This document shows positions 47,353 to 55,773 of a stretch of DNA of 64,000 nucleotides, piece after piece (positions within the stretch are counted from its first letter, which is position 1; each line of letters begins with the position of its first letter). Origin of the DNA: Mucilaginibacter sp. (GTDB taxonomy: Bacteria; Bacteroidota; Bacteroidia; Sphingobacteriales; Sphingobacteriaceae); contig JANXTT010000153.1 of NCBI GenBank assembly GCA_025352225.1, forward strand, positions 6,602 to 70,601, in the 5' to 3' direction. The notes beneath the pieces are model-generated. The model was not told the origin of the DNA. It did not search any database and saw only the letters and a list, made by a program, of their open reading frames with translations. A program made the translations under genes and the position numbers.

Positions 47353-48114
47353 TCATAAATTTATAAAATGATCAAAAGTATCGCTACGTAACCCCAATCG
47401 CAAGGTTTCCAGCGGAATTGCATCAGAAGGAGCAATATTACCCAAATTTACATTAGCACCAAGTAATTTAATAAACCAAACCTGTTGGGCTTTTTGAGGG
47501 GTTTCCCAGATAATAGTTTCTTCGGGTATTTGTGTTAATATTTCATCTACTAAACCTTGTCTTACCTCGCCCGAATCGCGATAGATGCCTACATTTCCAC
47601 TTTCACGCGCTTCTGCAATAACCTTCCATGCTCCGGCTTCAATTTCGGCATTCATTAGTTTTATCCATTTATATGGGGCAAATATTTTTTGCACATCTTT
47701 TGACCCTACTTCTGATATTACAGTAATTTGCTCGCTAAGCTTACGTATGTACTCGCACTTTATATCGTGTTCAATAGTAATTGATCCGTCTGATACTTCG
47801 GCATATTCCATTTTATACTTTTCCAATATCCTGCGATAATCATCAAACTGCCCCCTAACTACAAAAGCTTCAAAAAGGGTACCGCCAAAATAGGTAGGTA
47901 ACCCCGCTTCTTTATAAATTTCCAGCTTTTTTTCCAGGTTAGGTGTTACAAAAGAGGTTGCCCAACCTAATTTTATAATGTCGGAATGTGGGCCCGCTAC
48001 TTCTATAAAATCTTCCGCCTGCCTGCAACTCAGTCCTTTATCCATCACCATAGTTAATCCGTTGGAGCGGGGTTTAAGCGTACGTTCAGGAAGATTATTT
48101 ATTTCGTAATTCAT
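47353..48114 (-). CDS. comA: (2R)-phospho-3-sulfolactate synthase (ComA family)
   Basis: Collinear with my memory of M. jannaschii ComA: LTMVMDKGL, IKLGWATS, GGTLFE, EVSDGS, EVGSKD, ARESG, ETPQKAQQVWFI, NLGNIAPSDAIPLETLRLGLRSDTF. Confidence 0.85.
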   Translation of the reverse strand: MNYEINNLPERTLKPRSNGLTMVMDKGLSCRQAEDFIEVAGPHSDIIKLGWATSFVTPNLEKKLEIYKEAGLPTYFGGTLFEAFVVRGQFDDYRRILEKYKMEYAEVSDGSITIEHDIKCEYIRKLSEQITVISEVGSKDVQKIFAPYKWIKLMNAEIEAGAWKVIAEARESGNVGIYRDSGEVRQGLVDEILTQIPEETIIWETPQKAQQVWFIKLLGANVNLGNIAPSDAIPLETLRLGLRSDTFDHFINL

Positions 48115-48174
48115 AGATGTATCAGATATACAATTTGTTAAAGCCCATCAATAAAAATGACGGCAAATGTTAAT

Positions 48175-48207
48175 AAAAAAGATCCAAAACTATAAAAATT
48201 TTGGATC
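48175..48207 (-). terminator. rho-independent terminator after the TPR gene
   Basis: Minus-strand RNA: GAUCCAAAA-uuuuuauag-UUUUGGAUC (9 bp), followed by UUUUUUAUUAAC. It lies 22 nt after the stop at 48229. Confidence 0.8.
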
Positions 48208-48228
48208 TATCGGCTTATTTCATTAAGC

Positions 48229-49632
48229 TTATTTTGTGTAGCGGTTTATAATATCAATAATCACTTTATTTTCCTGAAGTTGTGGTAAGTAATCAAACAG
48301 GATATAATGCTTCTCAGGATCGGAAGTTAACGCTTGCTCCAAAAATGTAAGCGCTTCATTAAACTCTCCTTTAGCAAATAAATAGGCTACCATACGGTAA
48401 TACAACTCAGCAGAATCAGGATTGTTTTTAATGCCCTCTGCAATTATCTCAATGGCTCCTTCCAGCTTTTTTTGCTCGTATAAAATGGACGAATAATCCA
48501 ACCAGGCATCGGTATCCAAGGGGTTAAGCTCAACTACTTTTTCATACGCCTGCTCGGCTTCAGCCAAATGCCCAAGTTTGTATTCGGCATCAGCAATGGC
48601 AAACCAATAATCAGCATTAGCTATATCAAGGTCAAGTGCTTTTTTATAAAAATGGAGTGCTTCAAAATATCTTTCTTCAAAATCAAGCGTTACACCAACC
48701 CCAAACCAAGCATCGGCAAGTTTCGGATCCATTTTTACCGATTTTTTATAAAACGCCCGCGCTTCGTCCATTTGTTCAAGCTTTTCATAACACTCGCCAA
48801 TGGCACAATAGGTATCAGCGTTAGGCGGTTCATACTCAAAAGTTTGCCTATACACTTCAATGGCTTCGGCATATTTTTCCAGGTTTACCAGTGCATTACC
48901 TTTATTAAAGTAAGCCGATGCAAAATTATCTTTGATTAAAATGGCATAATCATACGCGTCAATAGCTTTTTCAAACAAACTAAGTTTGGTAAAAGCATTA
49001 CCCAAATTATACCATGCGGCATAACTGTAGGGTTCGTTATCAATATATTGTTGATAAAATTGTACGCTTTCTTCCTGATTATCCATCACATCATAACAAA
49101 AAGCCAGTTCGTATAAAGCGTCCTGATTTTCCATATTTTGTTCAAGGCATAGCTTAAGGTAAGTTATAGCTGTATCATAATCGCCCATGTTTTGATTAAC
49201 ATAAGCGATATGCAATAAAATCTCATCAGTTTCTTCGGCTATATTAAGCGCCTTTTCATAATTGGCCAACGCTTCCGGATAACGCTCTAAACTTTCGTAC
49301 AGGTTACCTCTAATAATGTAAATATCAGCATCAGATGCTTCCAGCATTTCGGCCCTGTCTAATGAGCTAAAAGCATCTCCAATTCTGTTGGTTACAACAA
49401 ATAACTGGGCCTGCTTGATAAAAAACACCGCTGCAAAAGGATGTTGGTTTTTAGCATATTCAACTACCTGTAACGCCTTAACCGGATCGTTTTTTTCAAT
49501 GTAGAAGTCGATGATATTTTCAAACGCTTGTGCATCAAAAAAGTATTGGTCGTGGTTACGAATCATTTCTTCGTATCGTTCTACAGAAAACCTTGGGTCC
49601 TCAGTAAAATCAAATTCAAAATCTTCTTCCAT
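48229..49632 (-). CDS. tetratricopeptide-repeat protein
   Basis: 467 aa with about 10 tandem 34-residue TPR units (repeated A..Y.KAL....N..A patterns). No signal peptide. Confidence 0.85.
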   Translation of the reverse strand: MEEDFEFDFTEDPRFSVERYEEMIRNHDQYFFDAQAFENIIDFYIEKNDPVKALQVVEYAKNQHPFAAVFFIKQAQLFVVTNRIGDAFSSLDRAEMLEASDADIYIIRGNLYESLERYPEALANYEKALNIAEETDEILLHIAYVNQNMGDYDTAITYLKLCLEQNMENQDALYELAFCYDVMDNQEESVQFYQQYIDNEPYSYAAWYNLGNAFTKLSLFEKAIDAYDYAILIKDNFASAYFNKGNALVNLEKYAEAIEVYRQTFEYEPPNADTYCAIGECYEKLEQMDEARAFYKKSVKMDPKLADAWFGVGVTLDFEERYFEALHFYKKALDLDIANADYWFAIADAEYKLGHLAEAEQAYEKVVELNPLDTDAWLDYSSILYEQKKLEGAIEIIAEGIKNNPDSAELYYRMVAYLFAKGEFNEALTFLEQALTSDPEKHYILFDYLPQLQENKVIIDIINRYTK

Positions 49633-50006
49633 TCAATTTTGTTTGCAGAACTTCTGCTTAGCGTTTATTAAATACAATATATTTGCCAAGACTTTCGTTG
49701 AGTTAAAATACTTATAAAAACAGACCGCAAAACAATTTACTTTTCAACATATCCCCATTTTTAACAAATGATTCATTAACTACCTGAATTTAAACACAAA
49801 ACATTTACTTTGTATAAGAAACCAACACTATAAATAATTAGCATAACGCTTTAATTATACAAAGTTACCAAAAGCTTTCGATAACAAATTCAAAAAACGT
49901 TTGTATATAAACGTAAATAATTCTGATTTTAGTACAAATTATCCCTTTTGATACGTTTACTCCATTATATATATACAAATAAAACCAAATAATCAAAAAA
50001 CATTCA

Positions 50007-51641
50007 ATGACCATTCTATATAAAAAATTGCATTTCTTATCCATATGGGTAGCATTATTATTAAATGTACAAGCGTTTGCTCAAATTACCACAGAGCCTG
50101 ACCCACCAAGAAACTGGCATGAAATGGACCTTAAAACAGATGGCTATTATGGCATCAGTTTAAATAATGCTTATAAATTTTTAAAGGGCAAAAAAAGTAA
50201 AACCATTATAGTTGCTACTATTGATAGCGGTGTTGATACTTTGCAAAAGGACTTAAAAAGCATTTTATGGACTAACCCAAAAGAAATACCTGGTAATGGC
50301 ATTGATGACGATCATGATGGTTATGTTGATGACGTGCATGGTTGGGATTTTTTAGGGGGGCCTAATGGCAAAGCGGATTTTAATGAAACTACAGAAGAAG
50401 TGCGCGAGTATGCCAAACTTAAAAACAAATACAGTAACACAAGCGACGCAACCTCCAATCCAAAAGAATATGCTTATTGGATGAAGGTAAAAAGTATTTA
50501 TGATTCGACTGTAACTAAATCTGCTGCCGAAATTAAACAGCTTTCGCCAGTAATGAATATTCTAATGGTTACTAGCGGCATAATTAAAAACAACTTGCAT
50601 CTTAATGCCGACGCATCATTTACGAAAACAGATCTGGACAGAATTAAAACTGAAAACGATACTGTTATGCAGAGTAAAACGATTTGGTCGGAAATTTTTC
50701 ATGAAGAAGGGGGCTCTGCGAATAGTACCAAAACCATACGGGATTATAGTGAGTATTTAACCAAGTTAAATAATGACGTTAATCCAGATTTAGACGCCAG
50801 GAAAAACATAGTGGGTGATAACCCGGATGATAATAGCAATAGCCATTATGGTAATAATATTGTAAAGTATGATGATGCGTCTCACGGTACCGGTGTTGCG
50901 GGCTTAATTGGTGCAGTTCGGGGTAATGGGTATGGCATTGACGGTGTAGCCGACAATGTGAGGATAATGGCTATAAAAGCAGTGCCTAATGGTGATGAAT
51001 ATGATAAAGATATTGCAAACGCAATCCGGTTCGCGGTTAATCATGGTGCAAAAATTATTAACATGAGCTTTGGTAAAAAAATATCACCGCATAAAAAGTG
51101 GGTTGATGATGCTTTTAAATATGCAGCCGCGAATAATGTTTTATTGGTTATGGCTGCAGGTAACGACAATCAGGACGTAGATGCTAAGCCATCCTTTCCG
51201 AATGACACTTTTGAGGATGGTTCCGCTACAGATGCTGATAATGTAATTAACGTAGGTGCTTCTTCAGCCAAGCTTGGCGAAAAACTGGCTGCTACCTTTA
51301 GCAATTATGGTAAAAAAAATGTTGATGTTTTTGCGCCCGGAGTTAAGGTAACATCCATAGACAAGGATGCAGAGTTTAATACTGCAGATGGAACGAGCTT
51401 TGCCTCGCCTATTACGGCCGGTGTAGCCGCTTTAGTTTTATCCAGGTACCCCCATTTAAGTGCCCGGCAATTAAAGTTGGTAATATTACAATCTGCCAAA
51501 CCTTTAAACGGCATATCAGTATTAAAACCAGGAAGCAAAACAGTAAAAGTTGATTTTACAACCTTATCAAAAACCGGGGGCATAGTTAACGCTTATAATG
51601 CTGTATTGATCGCTTCTAAAATAAAGGGAGAGGTAAATTAA
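50007..51641 (+). CDS. S8-family (subtilisin-like) serine peptidase, secreted
   Basis: Catalytic contexts ATIDSGVD (Asp), HGTGVAGLIGA (His) and GTSFASPITAG (Ser). A signal peptide is present. Confidence 0.9.
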   Translation: MTILYKKLHFLSIWVALLLNVQAFAQITTEPDPPRNWHEMDLKTDGYYGISLNNAYKFLKGKKSKTIIVATIDSGVDTLQKDLKSILWTNPKEIPGNGIDDDHDGYVDDVHGWDFLGGPNGKADFNETTEEVREYAKLKNKYSNTSDATSNPKEYAYWMKVKSIYDSTVTKSAAEIKQLSPVMNILMVTSGIIKNNLHLNADASFTKTDLDRIKTENDTVMQSKTIWSEIFHEEGGSANSTKTIRDYSEYLTKLNNDVNPDLDARKNIVGDNPDDNSNSHYGNNIVKYDDASHGTGVAGLIGAVRGNGYGIDGVADNVRIMAIKAVPNGDEYDKDIANAIRFAVNHGAKIINMSFGKKISPHKKWVDDAFKYAAANNVLLVMAAGNDNQDVDAKPSFPNDTFEDGSATDADNVINVGASSAKLGEKLAATFSNYGKKNVDVFAPGVKVTSIDKDAEFNTADGTSFASPITAGVAALVLSRYPHLSARQLKLVILQSAKPLNGISVLKPGSKTVKVDFTTLSKTGGIVNAYNAVLIASKIKGEVN

Positions 51642-52330
51642 TTAACCAATAATTTATATCCTTTACCATGCACATTGATGATTTCAACATTGGAGTCATC
51701 TTTTAAATATTTACGAATCTTACTTAAAAAAACATCCATACTGCGGCCATTAAAATAATTATCATCGTGCCAAATATTAAGCAGAGCTTCTTCGCGGGTG
51801 AGCACTTCGTTTTGTTTTAAGCAAAGCAGCCTTAACAAATCAGCTTCTTTTGTGGAAAGTTTTTGGTGATTCACTCCGTCTTTGATGATTTGCTGATTAT
51901 AGTCAAAATCGTACTTACCTATTTTAAAACTAGTAATACTTTCACCCTTGTCATTGGTGTTTTCGTTTACACGTTTTAACAAAGCATTGATGCGTAAAAG
52001 TAATTCTTCAATACGGAAAGGTTTAGTAATATAGTCATCTCCACCCAAATTAAATGCTTGGGTTTTGTCCTCAATCATTGCTTTAGCTGTGGCAAAAATT
52101 ATCGGAATTCTGGCATTCATCTTCCTGATTTCTTTACCTAAAGTAAAACCATCCTTTTTAGGCATCATTACATCTAGTATTAACAAATCGAATGTGCTTT
52201 TGATAAAAGCCTTGAGGCCCTCTTCGCCATCTTTACATAATACAACATCAAATTTGCCTTTTAACTGCAGGTAATCCTGAAGCAACATTCCTAAATTGGG
52301 GTCGTCTTCTACGAGTAATATTCTCATCAT
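51638..52330 (-). CDS. OmpR/PhoB-family response regulator
   Basis: Receiver domain RILLVEDD ... LLILDVMMPKKDG ... K at TAKA. C-terminal winged helix ...VHGKGYKL. Confidence 0.92.
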   Translation of the reverse strand: MMRILLVEDDPNLGMLLQDYLQLKGKFDVVLCKDGEEGLKAFIKSTFDLLILDVMMPKKDGFTLGKEIRKMNARIPIIFATAKAMIEDKTQAFNLGGDDYITKPFRIEELLLRINALLKRVNENTNDKGESITSFKIGKYDFDYNQQIIKDGVNHQKLSTKEADLLRLLCLKQNEVLTREEALLNIWHDDNYFNGRSMDVFLSKIRKYLKDDSNVEIINVHGKGYKLLVN

Positions 52331-52332
52331 AA

Positions 52333-54147
52333 TTATTTACCTTGCATAGTTTTATCAAACCTCAACTCAAACTCAGACCCCTTATCCTTTTCAGATTTTA
52401 CACTGATAGTGCCGTTAAGCCGTTTCACAATAGTATTTACATAACTTAAACCCAGGCCAAAGCCCTTTACATCGTGCAGGTTACCGGTCGGTATGCGGTA
52501 AAACTGTTCAAATATTTTTGTTTGCTGGTCATTACTCATTCCAATGCCTTTATCAGCCACTTTAATTATAGCCTGTTTGCCTTTACTTAATGTGGTAATA
52601 GAAATATTTGGCTGTTCAGAACTGTATTTAATAGCGTTATCAATAAGGTTATAAATTACGTTTGAAAAGTGTAACTCGTCAGCCTTTATCACCATCTCTT
52701 CAGCAACCAGGTTTAAGTCAATTTTAACATCATGTTTCTGCAACTTTAACAACATACTATCTAATACTGTAGTTATCATTTCATTCACATCAACAGGTTT
52801 AATATCTAATTTAAAATCGTTTTTATCAATGCGCGCTATATTTAAAACACGCTCAATATGGCTTCCGAGCCGTACGTTTTCTTCGTATATAATATGGGCT
52901 AGTTTTGAAACCCGGGTTTTGTCTTCCGCTACTTCAACGTCTTTTAAAGCTTCGCTGGCAATCATTATAGTTGATACCGGAGTTTTAAATTCATGCGTCA
53001 TGTTGTTGATAAAATCGGTTTTCATTTCGGATATTTTTTTCTGTCGCAGAATGGTATAAATAGTATAACCAAAACAAAATACCAGAATAAAGAGTAATCC
53101 ACCGGTAGTGGCCATTGTAGCGGCCATTTGACTTAAGATTAGGGAGTTTTTTTGCGGAAACGCTATTTTAATTTTACCGGGGTCATTAATTACCTGCTTG
53201 CTAAAAATAGGCATTTGGTAGGTATTAGCCATTATAAAAACAGGCTTTTCTCCTTTTATATCCATCGCCTTCGAAAAAATCAATGAGTCGTTATGCGCGG
53301 TTGTAACTTCGTAACTAAATGGCAAAAAAACTCCCCTGTTAATTAACTCGGTTCTTAGCAGCGTATCTATCCAAACTTGATTAATCCTTTCTTTAAGTGG
53401 CTCTCCGCTCCGTTGATATTCAGCTGCCAGATTTTCAAATATAGCGGGGCGGTTTTTTTCACTTTGATTTGGCGTATCGGCGGTTTCAATCTGCAATAAC
53501 TTTTCTACCTGTTTTAATTGTAATTCCTTTTTTTTCCGATCTTGCTCCTGTACCCATAAAGGGTTTAAACGTGGTACAGACACTATCTGCTTGCCATATT
53601 GAGGGTCAATATAAGTAATATGGAGGGTGTCGATATACTTTTTAGGCTTAATTCGGAATTTATACTCTTGCGGATCAAGAACTTTGCTGGTAATTTGTGG
53701 TATAATATTTTGCTGTATCTGGCCAAATTCGTCAGTATACTCCTCAACTTTCAATTGGAAATTTAACGAGCCCTTTACTTCATTAAGCTCATTATCCATT
53801 TTATACCGCATATTCATCCGCTTTATGCTATCTCGTAATTTAGCTATTCGCTGAGTGCGTGTTAATATTTTACTATCAGATGCTGGAGTGTTAATTTTAT
53901 GCTCAACATTTGCCTGGCGTTGAGCAGTTATATTTTTATACCTAACCTTTTCATTCAAAAAATTGATTGCATCTTGTTTACTAATTTTAGCCACTACGTT
54001 ATTTAGAGCCTCATTAACGGAGCGGTCAAATAATTCGGACTGCAGACGGTAGGATTGCTTAAGAAAATAGAATTGCATAGCCATAACACCAATTAATGCT
54101 GTTAACATTAAGCCCGTAATTATGACAATACTTTTCTTTTTCATCAA
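52333..54147 (-). CDS. sensor histidine kinase with large periplasmic domain
   Basis: 604 aa. TM1, a roughly 320-aa external domain, TM2, then H-box FINNMTHEFKTPV, N-box LIDNAIKYS, and G-boxes DKGIGM and GFGLGLSYV. It stops 2 nt before the response-regulator start. Confidence 0.9.
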   Translation of the reverse strand: MMKKKSIVIITGLMLTALIGVMAMQFYFLKQSYRLQSELFDRSVNEALNNVVAKISKQDAINFLNEKVRYKNITAQRQANVEHKINTPASDSKILTRTQRIAKLRDSIKRMNMRYKMDNELNEVKGSLNFQLKVEEYTDEFGQIQQNIIPQITSKVLDPQEYKFRIKPKKYIDTLHITYIDPQYGKQIVSVPRLNPLWVQEQDRKKKELQLKQVEKLLQIETADTPNQSEKNRPAIFENLAAEYQRSGEPLKERINQVWIDTLLRTELINRGVFLPFSYEVTTAHNDSLIFSKAMDIKGEKPVFIMANTYQMPIFSKQVINDPGKIKIAFPQKNSLILSQMAATMATTGGLLFILVFCFGYTIYTILRQKKISEMKTDFINNMTHEFKTPVSTIMIASEALKDVEVAEDKTRVSKLAHIIYEENVRLGSHIERVLNIARIDKNDFKLDIKPVDVNEMITTVLDSMLLKLQKHDVKIDLNLVAEEMVIKADELHFSNVIYNLIDNAIKYSSEQPNISITTLSKGKQAIIKVADKGIGMSNDQQTKIFEQFYRIPTGNLHDVKGFGLGLSYVNTIVKRLNGTISVKSEKDKGSEFELRFDKTMQGK

Positions 54148-54255
54148 CTAACAAAAATATCGAAGAATTAACTAACATCGTGACCTTTAACATATTTTAA
54201 CATATTAAAGTTGGTTTAAGCCTGAACTCATACAAATATAAGAATGCCATTAATC

Positions 54256-54292
54256 AAAAAAGGATAGCTACATATATGTAACTATCCTTTTT
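54256..54292 (-). terminator. rho-independent terminator (usable in both directions) after the beta-helix lipoprotein gene
   Basis: AAAAAAGGATAGCTACA-tata-TGTAACTATCCTTTTT. The single mismatch becomes a G-U pair in the minus-strand RNA, which then continues UUUUUUGAUUAAU. Confidence 0.75.
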
Positions 54293-54309
54293 AAGTAAAT
54301 TGTTAGGAA

Positions 54310-55740
54310 TTAATGATGGTTACCAGTACCATTAGTTTGATAACAACCAATATCCTTACCGGGAAGAGTGATCTCGCTTGAACCAAAGTTAGGGTCAACT
54401 TTTATACCTAAGGTTACCGGACTAAAGCCTGTATATCCTTTATTAATAGCTGGTGACCCCGGTTTAAGGTGGAAATCGAAACCGTCTATTGAAGCTTGGG
54501 TTCTGAAATTGGTGTTTGGAAGTGGATAATTCACAAACATTGGATTATTTTGACCTATTAATGAACTGCCGTCATATATCATTCCGAAAGTATAATTTGC
54601 TGGCAAAAATGCTTTCATGTTTGGAATATCAGTAGCTTGCGGAGTTGTAACAACTGCTTGTGTAATATTTGTCGGTACAAATTGGTTAACAACGGATATA
54701 GAATCGCCATAATAGAAGTTATAACCGTAAGCAGTTTTACTGATCACACCATCACCCGGGTGAGCGGCAGTATCAGCCAAATATACCTTACCAGTAGAAA
54801 CGCCACCGGCAACCCGAACACCATACCTGCAATTAACAATAAGGTTGTTATAAGCTAAACCCCTTGAGGCGTTCTCAATTTCAATGGACCCACTTTTTAA
54901 GCCTAAAGCACTTGAACTTCTCCAGCCGCCGTTAACATAAGTGTTATTATACATGGCCACTTGGTTTTGTGGGGATACACCACCATCATTAGAAGTTTTG
55001 GTGGCATTTGTTGCATACCCGATAAACATATTATAAGCCATATTGCCTTGCGTACCGCTTTTTGAGTTAAAGCCATCGCCACCTGTGGCTCCCATTTTTT
55101 CGCAAGTGTTTCTCATCATATTGATGTGTCCTCCATAAAAACGGATAGCATCATCTGGTGATCCATAGATCCATGAATCTTCAAGGATAAACATACCGTC
55201 TGGAGCACCATAATAAATAATATACTTATCACCAACTTTAGGGCCGGCAGTAAAAGGGATGGACTGTAAGGCTGCACCACCAAAATCAAGATGTGTCCAT
55301 TTGATGACCAGTAATTTTGCAGTTTGGCTACAGTAGATACCGCCCCAACCTCCGCGATAAGCAGAATCCGCTGATGAAAAAGAAGCCCCTGTAGTTTTTA
55401 CTGCGCTCTTGTAAGTAATGTTTACCGGCGCATCACTGGTGCCCAAGCTTATTAATGTCCCATTTACTATAAAATTAGTACCCTTAGCCATATTAACTTT
55501 CACACCTTTTTGGATCAAAAGTGTATCACCAGCGTTAATAGTAATATCACCATTGACATTAAATGTTTGGTTACCAAGCATGGTGCCTTTATAAGTGCCT
55601 GCAGGCAGATCACCAGCAGCAATAGGCTTACCTACTTGAATTTGCGGTACAGAAATTACAACATTATCTGTAGAATGTTTTTTACATGCCGAAGCCGAAA
55701 TTACAAGCAGGGCAAATAAAGCGATCTTGATTTGTTTCAT
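54310..55740 (-). CDS. surface lipoprotein with predicted right-handed parallel beta-helix repeats, function unknown
   Basis: Lipobox LLVISASAC. 476 aa, rich in G/N/T, with repeating short beta-strand turns of PbH1 type (ITINAGDTLLIQKGVKVNM, NFIVNGTLISLG, MAYNMFIGYATN, AMYNNTYVNGGW, AYNNLIVNCRYGVRVAG). It starts 33 nt after the TonB-dependent receptor stop. Confidence 0.6.
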   Translation of the reverse strand: MKQIKIALFALLVISASACKKHSTDNVVISVPQIQVGKPIAAGDLPAGTYKGTMLGNQTFNVNGDITINAGDTLLIQKGVKVNMAKGTNFIVNGTLISLGTSDAPVNITYKSAVKTTGASFSSADSAYRGGWGGIYCSQTAKLLVIKWTHLDFGGAALQSIPFTAGPKVGDKYIIYYGAPDGMFILEDSWIYGSPDDAIRFYGGHINMMRNTCEKMGATGGDGFNSKSGTQGNMAYNMFIGYATNATKTSNDGGVSPQNQVAMYNNTYVNGGWRSSSALGLKSGSIEIENASRGLAYNNLIVNCRYGVRVAGGVSTGKVYLADTAAHPGDGVISKTAYGYNFYYGDSISVVNQFVPTNITQAVVTTPQATDIPNMKAFLPANYTFGMIYDGSSLIGQNNPMFVNYPLPNTNFRTQASIDGFDFHLKPGSPAINKGYTGFSPVTLGIKVDPNFGSSEITLPGKDIGCYQTNGTGNHH

Positions 55741-55773
55741 GATTTTGATTTAATGATCTATTGATTTGTTTAT

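Noticed and set aside
48568-48939. 123-aa plus-strand ORF (and a nested 62-aa one) inside the TPR gene. Similar antisense ORFs occur at 1422-1721, 16812-17123, 21637-21975, 33763-34050, 37157-37395 and 59515-60098.
   Set aside because: All lie opposite strongly supported genes, are compositionally biased (K/F/I- or S/P-rich), and lack start context or motifs.
49633-50006. 374-nt AT-rich gap between the divergent TPR and S8 peptidase genes, considered as a missed gene or RNA.
   Set aside because: No ORF of meaningful length, no tRNA-like G+C-rich segment, and only trivial palindromes (GCAGAA-c-TTCTGC and ACGTTT-n6-AAACGT). This is consistent with two divergent promoters.
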